Shown here: piece by piece, positions 31,203 to 41,754 of the stretch
Numbering within the stretch: position 1 is the stretch's first letter
Layout of the letters: every line of letters starts with the position of its first letter
NCBI GenBank assembly: GCA_005239895.1
Contig: SBBB01000027.1
Span: forward strand, 376-64,375
Direction: 5' to 3'
Source: a bacterium
GTDB taxonomy: Bacteria > Patescibacteriota > Patescibacteriia > SBBB01
DNA: 64,000 bases
The notes under the pieces: model-generated
Database searches by the model: none
What the model saw: only the letters and a program-made list of their open reading frames with translations
What the model was told of the DNA's origin: nothing
Translations under genes and position numbers: made by a program

Positions 31203-31811
31203 ATGCATCCCGAAGTGTTAACTAAAAAACAAATTGAGCTATTGCCGCTGATTAAATTATTTTCTAGTAATTTTGGTTTAGTTGGAGGTACGGCGATTGC
31301 TTTACAAATAGGTCACAGAGGATCATTAGATTTTGATCTTTTTACTAATAAAAGATTTGATAATTTATCAATAAGGGAAAAGATTTTAAAATATGGAAAA
31401 ATAGAAAAAGTTTTGGTTGATCATAAAGACGAGTATACTGTTTTGATAAAAGGAACAAAAATAACATTTCTTTATTATCCTTTTCAGCTGGCATTTTCTA
31501 AAAATTTTAACAATATTATAAAAATGGCTGATCTTTTAACAATAGCAGCTATGAAAGCTTACGCTCTTGGTCGTCGAGCAAAGTGGAAAGATTATGTGGA
31601 TCTTTATTTTATTTTAAGTATTTATAGTATGGATAAAATTATTCAAAAAGCTGATAAAATATTTGGCTCTGAATTTGATCAAAAATTGTTTAAGGTTCAG
31701 TTGAGTTATTTTAAAGATATTGATTATTCCGAAAAAATAATTTATAGGGACAAATTTCAAACTAGTGATAATACCATTAAAAAAGGATTGTTAGATTTTA
31801 TTTTTAAGTAA
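31203..31811 (+). CDS. Nucleotidyltransferase AbiEii/AbiGii toxin family protein
   Basis: LVGGTAIALQIGHR.SLDFD, K..A...R...KDYVDLY; start placed at MHPE. Confidence 0.88.
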   Translation: MHPEVLTKKQIELLPLIKLFSSNFGLVGGTAIALQIGHRGSLDFDLFTNKRFDNLSIREKILKYGKIEKVLVDHKDEYTVLIKGTKITFLYYPFQLAFSKNFNNIIKMADLLTIAAMKAYALGRRAKWKDYVDLYFILSIYSMDKIIQKADKIFGSEFDQKLFKVQLSYFKDIDYSEKIIYRDKFQTSDNTIKKGLLDFIFK

Positions 31812-31855
31812 ACCAATAAAATTAATTAATAAAGTTTTAATACAACGAGGTTAAT

Positions 31856-31943
31856 AAGTTTAGGTGGGTAAATTAGACAAAAACAGGTATATATTTTATA
31901 ATATACTAGTAATTTTTAGCACAATTTTTAGTTAAAATATAAT
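31856..31943 (+). promoter_or_regulatory. 88-bp direct repeat, copy 2; probable aspS promoter
   Basis: TAGACA-17-TATAAT; ends 9 nt before aspS ATG. Confidence 0.8.
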
Positions 31944-31952
31944 GTATTATAC

Positions 31953-33737
31953 ATGCTTAGAACACATACTTGTGGTGAATTAAGGTTAAAAAACGTCAAT
32001 ACGGTTGTTACTTTGTCTGGATGGGTATCCAGTATTCGTAACCACGGAGGTTTAATTTTTATGGATTTGCGCGATCATTATGGTATTACGCAAATAGTTT
32101 TTGATCCTCAAAAAAATACTTCTAATATTAATTCTATAGTTGAAGAAATTGGTTTAGAGTGGGTTGTTAAAATTACAGGTAAAATTATAGCCAGACAATC
32201 CGATGTTGTTAATTCAAAAATATCCACGGGTGAAATTGAAATCTTAGCCCAAGAAATAGAAGTTTTAAGTAAGTCAATAATATTGCCATTTGAAATTAGT
32301 GATAAGACCGATGCTGTAAATGAAAATTTGCGGTTGAAGTATAGATACCTGGATTTGCGACGCTCAAAGTTGCAAAACATTTTAAGTATTCGAGATAAAT
32401 ATATTCAACATATTCGTAATTACTTTCATGCTAATGGTTTTATGGAAGTTCAAACTCCAATTTTAGCTAATTCTTCTCCGGAAGGCGCGCGGGATTTTTT
32501 AGTGCCCTCTCGTTTATATCCTGGAAAATTTTACGCCCTACCTCAAGCTCCGCAACAATTTAAACAACTTTTAATGGTGGGTGGTATAGATAAATATTTT
32601 CAAATTGCGCCATGTTTTCGCGATGAAGATCCTCGCCTGGATCGTCATTATGGAGAGTTTTATCAATTGGACATGGAAATGAGTTTTGTGGAGCAAGAAG
32701 ATGTTTTTGCTATAATGGAACCACTTATGAAAGAATTGATAGAAAAATTTAGTTCTAAAAAAATTTGTAATCTATTGCCCAATGGTAATTTTCAGAGACT
32801 AACTTGGAAAGAAGCCATGGAAAAATATGGTTCTGATAAGCCCGACCTGCGTTTTGGTTTAGAAATTATTAAAATAGATGATTTGGTTGAAAATTCTGGT
32901 TTTGCAGTATTTGATAAGGTTTTAAAAAACAAAGGAGTTGTGCATGCTCTTAAAATAGATGGGGGGGCTAAGTTCACGCGTTCTGAATTGGATAATTTTG
33001 AAGTCTTAGCCAAGAAAAACGGAGCAGGCGGGTTAGCGTATCTTACTTTAAATAATGATGCGTTGGTTTCACCTTTAATTAAATTTTTAGGCGAACAAAA
33101 GTTGCGAGAAATTGCAACTAAGGTTAAGGCCCAAAACGGAGATGTAGTTTTTTTTGCAGCTGATGATTTTGTAAAAGTATGTAGTATTTTAGGCGCAGTG
33201 AGGAGTCAGGCTGCTAATCTTTTGGGATTGAAAGATAATGCTAGGGTGGCCTTGGTGTGGATTGTTGATTTTCCCATGTATAGTTATTCGGAGATTGAAA
33301 CTGACAAAATTGATTTTTCTCATAATCCATTTTGTATGCCCCAGGGAGGACTTAAGGCTCTTCAAGAAAAGTCACCTTTAGAAATTTTGGCTTATCAATA
33401 TGATTTAGTGTTTAATGGTTTTGAAATTTCTAGCGGGGCTATACGCAATCACGATCCCGAAATAATGTACGAAGCTTTTAAAATAGCTGGATACACTCGA
33501 GAGCAGGTTGATAATAAATTTAGATCTATGATTACTGCTTTTACTTACGGAGCTCCACCTCACGGAGGTAATGCGCCAGGCATAGATCGTATTTTAATGT
33601 TATTAAACGATGTCGATTCAATACGCGATATTTATGCGTTTCCTAAAGATGGTCAGGGTAAAGACTTAATGTCTAATGCGCCGAGTTCCGTTGAACCCAA
33701 TCAGTTGAAAGACCTTCATTTGCGTTTGGTAGACTAA
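31953..33737 (+). CDS. aspS: Aspartate--tRNA ligase
   Basis: RTHTCG, RYLDLR, EGARDF, PQAPQQFKQ, CFRDED, PPHGG. Confidence 0.98.
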   Translation: MLRTHTCGELRLKNVNTVVTLSGWVSSIRNHGGLIFMDLRDHYGITQIVFDPQKNTSNINSIVEEIGLEWVVKITGKIIARQSDVVNSKISTGEIEILAQEIEVLSKSIILPFEISDKTDAVNENLRLKYRYLDLRRSKLQNILSIRDKYIQHIRNYFHANGFMEVQTPILANSSPEGARDFLVPSRLYPGKFYALPQAPQQFKQLLMVGGIDKYFQIAPCFRDEDPRLDRHYGEFYQLDMEMSFVEQEDVFAIMEPLMKELIEKFSSKKICNLLPNGNFQRLTWKEAMEKYGSDKPDLRFGLEIIKIDDLVENSGFAVFDKVLKNKGVVHALKIDGGAKFTRSELDNFEVLAKKNGAGGLAYLTLNNDALVSPLIKFLGEQKLREIATKVKAQNGDVVFFAADDFVKVCSILGAVRSQAANLLGLKDNARVALVWIVDFPMYSYSEIETDKIDFSHNPFCMPQGGLKALQEKSPLEILAYQYDLVFNGFEISSGAIRNHDPEIMYEAFKIAGYTREQVDNKFRSMITAFTYGAPPHGGNAPGIDRILMLLNDVDSIRDIYAFPKDGQGKDLMSNAPSSVEPNQLKDLHLRLVD

Positions 33738-33769
33738 TTTTGGCAATAATCCTAAATTATTTAAAAAAT

Positions 33770-34285
33770 ATGCAACTGCTTTCTCAGATTACAAGTTTAC
33801 TGTTTATTAATCCTCAACCCTTAAGTATTAAAGCCCTAGCTAAAATATTAGAAGTTTCTTCGCAGGAGGTAGAGGAGGCTTTAGTTGAGCTTATAAAGAA
33901 ATACAATACTGATAAAACTTTGGGTCTTCAAATTTTAAGACAAGAAGACAAGGTGCAAATGGTCACAGCCGCAGACAACTCCAAAATTATTAGTAAATTT
34001 ATTAATGAAGAGTTAAGCGGTGATTTAACTTTACCGCAACTTGAAACCCTGGCGATTATTGCTTATCGAGGCCCGCTTCCTAAATTAGATATAGACACTA
34101 TTAGAGGCGTTAATTGCAGTATTATCTTAAGAAATTTAATAGTGCGCGGTTTAATTGAAGAAAGTATAAACTCTAAAAAAAATGAAAGTTTCTATACTAT
34201 TACTTTAGATTTTTTAAGGTTATTAGGAATTAGTAGTATTAAAGAACTTCCGGAATATGAAAGATTAAATACTTTAACTATATGA
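33770..34285 (+). CDS. scpB: SMC-Scp complex subunit ScpB
   Basis: LETLAIIAYRGP, IRGVNC, L..RGLI, LP. Confidence 0.93.
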   Translation: MQLLSQITSLLFINPQPLSIKALAKILEVSSQEVEEALVELIKKYNTDKTLGLQILRQEDKVQMVTAADNSKIISKFINEELSGDLTLPQLETLAIIAYRGPLPKLDIDTIRGVNCSIILRNLIVRGLIEESINSKKNESFYTITLDFLRLLGISSIKELPEYERLNTLTI

Positions 34286-35544
34286 TTGATACTTTATTAA
34301 ATTATTTAGGCACTACGAGTGAGCACACGATTTATTTCTTGGCATTTGTTGTGGCATTTGTGGAGTCATTGCCAGTTATTGGTATTGTTTTTCCAGGAAT
34401 AATAGTGGTTGTATTTTTAGGGTTTTTAGCTAGTAATGGTAACGATATTAGTTTTTGGATGATTGCTTTTTTTGTAAATTTCGGGTTTATCGTTGGCGAG
34501 TGTATTAGTTATATTATAGGTAGATATAATTTGCATCATATATTATTAAGCCATTTTAGTTTGTTTAATACAGAGCGTTTAGATAGTTGTAGACAGTTTT
34601 TTAAAAAACATGGCGGAAAAAGTATATTGGTTGGACGCTTTGTCGGTGTGGTAAGACCATTTATTTCTTTAACTGCTGGATTAAGTTATATGCCAATTTG
34701 GAGATTTTTATTTTATACCGTTGTTAGTACGTTTTTATGGTCAATATTATATTTGATTATTGGTTATACAGTTGGTATTAATACTTATCTTTTAAATAAT
34801 CTTACAACGGTTTTCTCTGTTATTGCGCTAGTGTGCGTTGTTTCAGGGTTGTTTTGTTATTATGTTATGCGTAGTAAATATTGGTGTGAATATATAGTTA
34901 ATTTACAACGGATCTGTAAGAAATGTTTTGTCAATAAATATTTTTTTATTAGTTTTATTTTGGGGGTGCTGTCTATTTCTTGGACTATGTTAAAAATCAA
35001 TGGTTTGTTAGTTGATGTTGATACTGATTTATTATTTTTAGCACGTTCGTTACATAACGAAACATTGACTTTATTAATTATAATCATTACAGAGTTGGGA
35101 TCATTTAAGATTGGCGTCCTGGTAATGTTAATTTTGTCTGGATATTTATATCTTAAACATAAATCTTTGGTATCCATAATTTATACCAACGTATTTTTTA
35201 TAGTAATGTGCTTGTTAAACTCATTTATTAAGATATTTTTTGATATTTCTCGGCCTCCTCTTGAGAATCGGTTGGTTTCAGCTATTAGTTATTCATTTCC
35301 ATCTGGTCACGCTTTGGTTTCAATGGTTGTATATGGTTTGATGGCTTATTTTTTAATTCATAGTTTAGAAAATGGATATTTAAAAATATTTGTTTTAAGT
35401 ATATTTTCTGTATTAATTTTATTAATTGGTTTTAGTAGAGTATATTTGCAAGTGCATTGGCCATCGGATATTATAGGTGGGTATTTATTAGGCGCTACGG
35501 GTTTATACTTCTTCTGGGGCGTATTACGCAAATTTAGTAATTGA
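34282..35544 (+). CDS. Bifunctional DedA / PAP2 phosphatase
   Basis: ES...G..FPG, GRF..VRP; RP, SFPSGH, SRVYL.VHWPSD. Confidence 0.92.
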   Translation: MIDTLLNYLGTTSEHTIYFLAFVVAFVESLPVIGIVFPGIIVVVFLGFLASNGNDISFWMIAFFVNFGFIVGECISYIIGRYNLHHILLSHFSLFNTERLDSCRQFFKKHGGKSILVGRFVGVVRPFISLTAGLSYMPIWRFLFYTVVSTFLWSILYLIIGYTVGINTYLLNNLTTVFSVIALVCVVSGLFCYYVMRSKYWCEYIVNLQRICKKCFVNKYFFISFILGVLSISWTMLKINGLLVDVDTDLLFLARSLHNETLTLLIIIITELGSFKIGVLVMLILSGYLYLKHKSLVSIIYTNVFFIVMCLLNSFIKIFFDISRPPLENRLVSAISYSFPSGHALVSMVVYGLMAYFLIHSLENGYLKIFVLSIFSVLILLIGFSRVYLQVHWPSDIIGGYLLGATGLYFFWGVLRKFSN

Positions 35545-35551
35545 AGTTTAT

Positions 35552-37456
35552 ATGTCTATTAGCGAAGAAGTTAAATCCAAATTAGATATTATTGAAATAA
35601 TATCTGAATCCATATCTTTAAAAGCCAGTGGAAATAATTGGAAGGGCATTTGTCCTTTTCATGCGGAAAAAACACCTTCTTTTATGGTATCTAAAGACAA
35701 GCAAATTTGGCATTGTTTTGGATGTGGTGAAGGCGGAGATGTTTTTGCGTGGTTGATTAAAAAAGAAAACATTGACTTTCCGGAAGCTTTAAAAATTTTA
35801 AGTCAAAGAGCAGGAGTAAAATTAGTTCACCAGGATCCGCAGGTTCAAAGCCGAAAAAATTTATTAATTGATATTTGCAGTACGGCAGCTGAAATTTGGC
35901 ATAAAGTTTTGTTAACCACCGAGGCTGGTAAGCCAGCTTTAGAGTATTTATCTAGGCGTGGAATTCAATCCGAGGATATAGAGGATTGGAAAATAGGCTT
36001 TGCTCCTAATAGTTATGATTTTTTATTGAAAAATTTATTATTAAAAAAATATCGTTTAAACGATATTTTTGAAGCGGGATTGATAACTTTAAAAACTAAT
36101 AAATCTAGTTCAGACGCTCAGAATTATTATGATTATTTTCGTCGTCGTATAATATATCCTGTTCGTGATTTGCATGGTATGATTGTTGGGTTTGGTGGAA
36201 GATTTTTGGACAATGAAAAAGACAATGTGGACGCAATTGAAAAACTAGGGCCTAAATACGTAAATACAAAAGAAACCGTATTATATCAAAAAAGTAAAGT
36301 GCTTTATGGTATTGATTTTGCTAAAGATGCTATTCGGAAAAATGATTTTGTGATTTTAGTGGAAGGGTATATGGATGTTATCGCGTCTGCTAGATGCGGT
36401 GTTAAAAATGTGGTAGCTTGTAGTGGTACAGCTTTAACCTTGGACCAAATTCAATTATTAAAGCGTTATACTAATAATATCACTCTGGCATTTGATATGG
36501 ATTTAGCGGGTAGAAACGCTAATCAGCGTGGCATAGATTTAGCTTTAAATGCATCTTTAGATATTAAGGTGGTTATATTGCCAAACAAGTTTAAAGATCC
36601 AGACGAATGTGTGGTTTTTGATAATGGTAAGACTTGGCAAGCAGTGATTTCTAATCGTATTAGTGTATTTGATTATTATTTTATTTTAGCGTATCAAAAT
36701 AAGAACTTAAATAATATTGACGATAAACGAGCTATAGCTTCTATACTGTTACCGGTTTTATCCAAGATTAGTGACCCTATTTTATTTGATACTTATTTGC
36801 GTAGATTATCTAAAGATTTAGATATTTCTCAAAATGTTTTAAATGAAACTTTATCAAAATTTAAAACTGTATTAAAAAATCAAGCTGTTCAGGCGGTGCC
36901 TAAATTAAAAACCCAAGATACTAAACCAGCGGTTCTAAAAACTAGACAATTAATGAGCGAAGAGAGGTTATTAGCTATTTTATTGAAATATCCCAAATAC
37001 TTACCTTACACTATTGATAGATTAGAAGTTCAGACTATAGAGCACAACACCTTAAAAGAGCTTTACAGACAATTATTGATTTATTATACTAAGCTAGATA
37101 GTTCGGGGGTTGGCCTAGATGGCCTTACTATAGATAGCTTGATACTTTGGTTAAAAAGTGAGGTTGACGAAAAACTTAGCGCAAGTTTAGAATCTCAAGT
37201 AAATATTTTATTATTATTGTCGGATGAAAAATACAGCGCTTTTACTGATAAAGAAATTCATGGCGAAGTTTTGACGCTTATTACATTTTTAAAGCAAACT
37301 TATATTCGTAAAAGATTAAAAGAAATAGAAAAAGAAATTTCTATTATTGAACGTGATAATAAATTAAATAGTTCGAATCCTCAAAATTGCGAAGCTCTCT
37401 CTGCAGAATATCAAACTTTGAGCAAATCGCTTAATAATTCTAAAACCAACTCTTAA
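35552..37456 (+). CDS. dnaG: DNA primase
   Basis: CPFH..KTPSF, CFGC, PKYVN, EGYMD, FDMD. Confidence 0.97.
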   Translation: MSISEEVKSKLDIIEIISESISLKASGNNWKGICPFHAEKTPSFMVSKDKQIWHCFGCGEGGDVFAWLIKKENIDFPEALKILSQRAGVKLVHQDPQVQSRKNLLIDICSTAAEIWHKVLLTTEAGKPALEYLSRRGIQSEDIEDWKIGFAPNSYDFLLKNLLLKKYRLNDIFEAGLITLKTNKSSSDAQNYYDYFRRRIIYPVRDLHGMIVGFGGRFLDNEKDNVDAIEKLGPKYVNTKETVLYQKSKVLYGIDFAKDAIRKNDFVILVEGYMDVIASARCGVKNVVACSGTALTLDQIQLLKRYTNNITLAFDMDLAGRNANQRGIDLALNASLDIKVVILPNKFKDPDECVVFDNGKTWQAVISNRISVFDYYFILAYQNKNLNNIDDKRAIASILLPVLSKISDPILFDTYLRRLSKDLDISQNVLNETLSKFKTVLKNQAVQAVPKLKTQDTKPAVLKTRQLMSEERLLAILLKYPKYLPYTIDRLEVQTIEHNTLKELYRQLLIYYTKLDSSGVGLDGLTIDSLILWLKSEVDEKLSASLESQVNILLLLSDEKYSAFTDKEIHGEVLTLITFLKQTYIRKRLKEIEKEISIIERDNKLNSSNPQNCEALSAEYQTLSKSLNNSKTNS

Positions 37457-37471
37457 TATTTTATTATTTGT

Positions 37472-38722
37472 ATGCCAAAAATAAAAAAGAAACTTAAAGT
37501 TAACAAAAAAAAGTTATTGGTTGTTAAAAAGAAACTTAAAGTTAACAAAAAAAAGCTGTTAGTTACTAAAAGCAAGAGCAGTTTTAAAAAACATAAAAAA
37601 CACTACAAGTTCCACAGGCCATTAAAGAATCTTAAAAAACCAGTGGTTGTTTTTGATCAAGCTGTAGCTCAGGCTTTGTTTAGAAAAGGAGAGGTGAGAG
37701 AGTTTATTACTTATCAAGAATTATTGTATGCTTTTACAGATGTCGAAGAGTATTTAGATGATTATTTGCGCTTTTTAGATTCTTTAGAAGCTCGCGGTAT
37801 AGAAATAAGAGAATCAGCTACGGAGTTTTTAAATTCGGAGCCTAAAAAAATAAAATTAAAGAATGAACCAGTTTATATTGGCAAGGGTTTGGATTTAGTT
37901 CAAGACCCTTTACAAATTTATTTAACGGAAATTGGAAATACTTCTTTATTGGATAGTGTCAATGAAACCATATTAGCTAAAGAAAAAGAAAGCGGTTCTA
38001 TGGATGCTAGGGCTAAGTTAATTAAAGCGAACTTACGTTTGGTTGTTTCTATTGCTAAAAAATTTGTGGGTAAGGGTTTGTCGCTTTTAGATTTAATTCA
38101 AGAAGGTAATATTGGAATTTTTAAGGCGGTGGAAAAATTTGAGTATCGCAAGGGTTACAAATTTTCCACTTATGCGACCTGGTGGATACGTCAATCTATT
38201 ACGCGCGCCTTAGCTGATCAGTCTAGGATTATTCGCATTCCAGTTCACATGGTTGAGAATATTAATAAATTGCAGCAAGTTCAAAGGCAGCTGGTGCAAG
38301 ATTTAGGGCGCGAATCATTTTTGGAAGAAATTGCCACGGAAATGAACGAAGATATTGACCGCGTTAGATATATTATTAAGATTTCGCAAGACACACTGTC
38401 GTTGGCTACTATTATTGGCAATGACGACGACGAAAGCACCTTAGAAGATTTTATTGAAGATGTAAAAAATGTTCGTTCGGATACAGCCGCGAGTTTGGAA
38501 ATTTTAAAAACCTACATTCGCGATGTTTTGAGTAGTTTAAAACCCAGAGAGCAGAAAATTTTATCTATGCGGTTTGGTTTAGCCGATGGTATTTCCCATA
38601 CCCTGGAAGAGATTGGTCAAGAGTTTAAAGTAACGCGGGAAAGAATTAGGCAGATTGAAGCTAAGACTATTGAAAAAATTCTTAAACATAGGGACATTAA
38701 AAAATTAGAAGATTTTTATTAA
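37472..38722 (+). CDS. rpoD: RNA polymerase primary sigma factor
   Basis: [38 protein letters not shown]; follows dnaG. Confidence 0.96.
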   Translation: MPKIKKKLKVNKKKLLVVKKKLKVNKKKLLVTKSKSSFKKHKKHYKFHRPLKNLKKPVVVFDQAVAQALFRKGEVREFITYQELLYAFTDVEEYLDDYLRFLDSLEARGIEIRESATEFLNSEPKKIKLKNEPVYIGKGLDLVQDPLQIYLTEIGNTSLLDSVNETILAKEKESGSMDARAKLIKANLRLVVSIAKKFVGKGLSLLDLIQEGNIGIFKAVEKFEYRKGYKFSTYATWWIRQSITRALADQSRIIRIPVHMVENINKLQQVQRQLVQDLGRESFLEEIATEMNEDIDRVRYIIKISQDTLSLATIIGNDDDESTLEDFIEDVKNVRSDTAASLEILKTYIRDVLSSLKPREQKILSMRFGLADGISHTLEEIGQEFKVTRERIRQIEAKTIEKILKHRDIKKLEDFY

Positions 38723-38756
38723 TCCGTTGCATGATTTTTTGTCATTGCTGTTTTTT

Positions 38757-38939
38757 TGTCATTCCCGCGAAGGCGGGAATCCAGGAGCGTGCACACTTAT
38801 CATTATTGTTTCGATCGTACGAAATACCAAACTCCAATTGCACTGAGACTCTCAGAGTCGAATACTTGAGGGTCTTCAGACCCGATGGGATTCAAAATTT
38901 TAATAAAAAACCTGGATTCCCGCCTGCGCGGGAATGACA
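38757..38939. repeat. REP/dRS3-like palindrome doublet with internal small hairpins
   Basis: TGTCATTCCCGCGAAGGCGGGAATCCAG ... CTGGATTCCCGCCTGCGCGGGAATGACA. Confidence 0.9.
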
Positions 38940-39042
38940 GGGCGGATATTTTAATCAAGCAAGTAAGTTATATAATAATTACTTAGTCTTGATATTTATA
39001 TAATGATTATTGTATGATATTTAATACCAGTTAAGATAATAT

Positions 39043-39117
39043 TCCGGTGTAGCGCAGCGGTAGCGCAGGTGCCTGTTAAGCACTTGGTCGCAGGTTCGAA
39101 TCCTGCCACCGGAGCCA
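39043..39117 (+). tRNA. tRNA-Asn(GTT)
   Basis: Cloverleaf, GGTGC-CTGTTAA-GCACT, encoded CCA. Confidence 0.96.
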
Positions 39118-39187
39118 TCTTACGCTAAAGCTACAGAATGGCTGACGCCATCTTACGCTAAAGCTACAGAATGGCTGACGCCATCTT
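39114..39187 (+). repeat. 33-bp tandem repeat (2.2 copies) starting at the tRNA 3' end
   Basis: GCCATCTTACGCTAAAGCTACAGAATGGCTGAC x2 + GCCATCTT. Confidence 0.95.
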
Positions 39188-39328
39188 TTTGTTAAAATCG
39201 CAGTTTTACTGTAGTAATCAAATTTATTGTTAGTTTAAAATATAGACAAAATCAAAATATTTTGGTAGCCTAAATTTAGTCAAAAAACTAGGAACAAAAC
39301 ATCCAAATCTAAAATTTTAAGGAGGGGC

Positions 39329-39955
39329 TTGATGAAAAAGGAAATTAAGAAAATTTTTGTATTAGATGAGTTCACAAACGGACACAGAGCTGCAAGGGTT
39401 TTTATGAAACAGTATAGTTGGTTAGAATCAGAATATGAGATTGTTTTTTGTGGTAACCATGCGAATGTTTTGAAACAGCTCCAGAAACGACGCGCTTACG
39501 CTGTAGTTCCTGTTCATAACTCTATTGCGGGGAATATTAAAGAAGTAACTAGAAAACTAGCAATGATGAGAAATAATGGATATATTTTGGAGGAAATAGG
39601 GTGTCTTGATCTTCAGGTTGATCATTGCCTCTTAGCACATCAGAACGTGCAGAGACCTGAGGATTTAGAAGGCGTAATGTCACATAAACAAGTGATTCGG
39701 CAGTGTAGACGATTTCTAGATAAAATCGATATTAAACACGACAAACGAAAAACAAGTGATTCAACAACTGGCAAGGCCATAAAAATTATTACCAAACTAG
39801 GTTGCGAATGCAAAATTGGGATTATTGCTTCCCAGGAAGCTGCGGAAGCATACAATCTTAAAATTTTAGCTAAGAATATCCAAGATGTTCTTAATAATAA
39901 GACCACGTTTCTGCTTCTTGAAAATAAAACACTGATTAAGCGAGTTACGGAATGA
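39329..39955 (+). CDS. Prephenate dehydratase-like protein (divergent, no ACT domain)
   Basis: AVVPVHNSIAG, VDHCLL, SHKQ...QC, IQD..NNKTTF; AGGAGG. Confidence 0.75.
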   Translation: MMKKEIKKIFVLDEFTNGHRAARVFMKQYSWLESEYEIVFCGNHANVLKQLQKRRAYAVVPVHNSIAGNIKEVTRKLAMMRNNGYILEEIGCLDLQVDHCLLAHQNVQRPEDLEGVMSHKQVIRQCRRFLDKIDIKHDKRKTSDSTTGKAIKIITKLGCECKIGIIASQEAAEAYNLKILAKNIQDVLNNKTTFLLLENKTLIKRVTE

Positions 39956-40221
39956 GGGCCGATGATTTGTTTCGGTCCTCATTTAAGATATTGTTCAGGT
40001 TGTAAATTAATAGTCAGTTAAATTAAGTGCCGAGCAAGTTAATATTTACTTTTTTAAAATTTGTGTTAATTTTTTTTGAAAAAATAAAAAAATAAAAATG
40101 CTTTTAGAGATTATATAAAAATAAAAGTTAATAAAAATGACAAGGCCGAGTTTCGCGATAAAGTTACTGCGAAACCCGGCTTAAGATAATTTAATGTTCC
40201 AGTTTTTAATACTGTTGTTGG

Positions 40222-41475
40222 TTATTCCAGAAACATGGGGATTTTTTCGCCTCGTGTCAAATCCTCGCGTGTCTCTCGTACCCGTATTATATAATACTGC
40301 TCATCGTCAACCAATATTTCCGGCACACGTGGTCTTGCGTTATAGTTAGAGGCCATAGCAAGACCATATGCCCCTGCGCTCATTATAGCTAAAAGCTCAT
40401 CGGGCATCACTTCTGGCATAGTACGATCCTGCGCCAGAAAATCGCCTGACTCACAAATTGGCCCTACAACATCCACCACTTCATGTCGCCTTTCATTTTT
40501 TGCTACTGGTAAAATATGGTGATACGCCTCGTATAGTGAAGGACGGATTAGGTCGTTCATAGCAGCATCAACAATAATGAATTTTTTTGCATCGGTTGTT
40601 TTAGTATAAATCACGCGAGTTACCAAAATACCAGCATTCGCCACAATTGATCGCCCGGGCTCCATAATAATGGAGCAGCCACTGGCTTTCAGAATCGGTA
40701 GAATGTTTTTGGCAAGTTCAGTAGGATTTGGAGGTGTTTCTTGATCATATTGCACCCCTAATCCTCCACCAATATTCCAATAACGGATATCAAACCCATC
40801 TGATTGGATAAGCTCGCTCATTTTTTTAATGGCAGCGATAAACGGTTTGACGGTGGTTAGTTGTGAGCCGATGTGGGAATGAACCCCAGTCACATTGATG
40901 TGGTTCAATCGTCCAGCCAATTTGTACAAAGGTAAGACGCTGGAATGAGCTATGCCGAATTTACTCTTTTTTAAACCTGTGGAAATATAAGGATGTGTTT
41001 TTGGGTCCACATCCGGGTTGACCCGCAAGGCAACGGAGGCTTTTTTACCACACGACTTTGCAGCTGCGTCAAGCGCAATCAATTCCTGTTCTGATTCCAC
41101 GTTAAATAAAAGGATACCGGCTTGTAAAGCCTCACACATCTCTTCCTTTGTTTTTCCAACGCCTGCAATAACAATTTTTTCAGGTGAAATTCCAGCTTTT
41201 AATGCTAGGTAAAGTTCACCGCCGGAGACAATATCCACTCCTGCTCCTTCTTTTCCTAAAAGGTGAAGCACTGTCAGGCTAGAATTAGCCTTCATCGCAT
41301 AAGCAATTATGTGCGGCACAGTTGAGAAAGCTTTTTGGTATGTGATAATTTGTTTCCGTAATGCACCAGCGCTGTAAAGATAAAACGGTGTTCCTATATC
41401 TATTGCTATTTTCTCAACAGGAACATTCTCACAATAGAGTTGACTTGTTTTGTATGGGAAATATTGATTGTACAC
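40222..41475 (-). CDS. lysA: Diaminopimelate decarboxylase
   Basis: YAMKAN, HIGSQ, GGGLG, EPGR, GPICESGD, GAYG..MASNYN; GTG start after AAGGAG. Confidence 0.97.
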   Translation of the reverse strand: MYNQYFPYKTSQLYCENVPVEKIAIDIGTPFYLYSAGALRKQIITYQKAFSTVPHIIAYAMKANSSLTVLHLLGKEGAGVDIVSGGELYLALKAGISPEKIVIAGVGKTKEEMCEALQAGILLFNVESEQELIALDAAAKSCGKKASVALRVNPDVDPKTHPYISTGLKKSKFGIAHSSVLPLYKLAGRLNHINVTGVHSHIGSQLTTVKPFIAAIKKMSELIQSDGFDIRYWNIGGGLGVQYDQETPPNPTELAKNILPILKASGCSIIMEPGRSIVANAGILVTRVIYTKTTDAKKFIIVDAAMNDLIRPSLYEAYHHILPVAKNERRHEVVDVVGPICESGDFLAQDRTMPEVMPDELLAIMSAGAYGLAMASNYNARPRVPEILVDDEQYYIIRVRETREDLTRGEKIPMFLE

Positions 41476-41754
41476 GATTCTCCTTTCAAAAGAAGTATTC
41501 CACTGTTTAGTGGAAAGTTCTTTTTTTACCAAAATGATTTTTATTTTACGCACTTACGTAAAACAAACTAGCTCCTTGGTGAAGAACTAGTTTATATTTA
41601 GTAATTTTTTTTAATTACTACGTATAAACAAAATCTTCACTAATATTTTTAATCGACAATTTTATTCATTTTGTTTGATAAAGTTTTGTGTGGTACAGGG
41701 CTAATTTATGAGCTAGCCCTGTACCTTGAATATAAATGTAAAGGAAGGGTTTTG

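Noticed and set aside
38731-38937. 68-aa ORF (VIPAKAGIQ)
   Set aside because: Translation of the palindromic repeat
39114-39187. CRISPR array
   Set aside because: Repeats are contiguous with no spacers, and no cas genes are in the window
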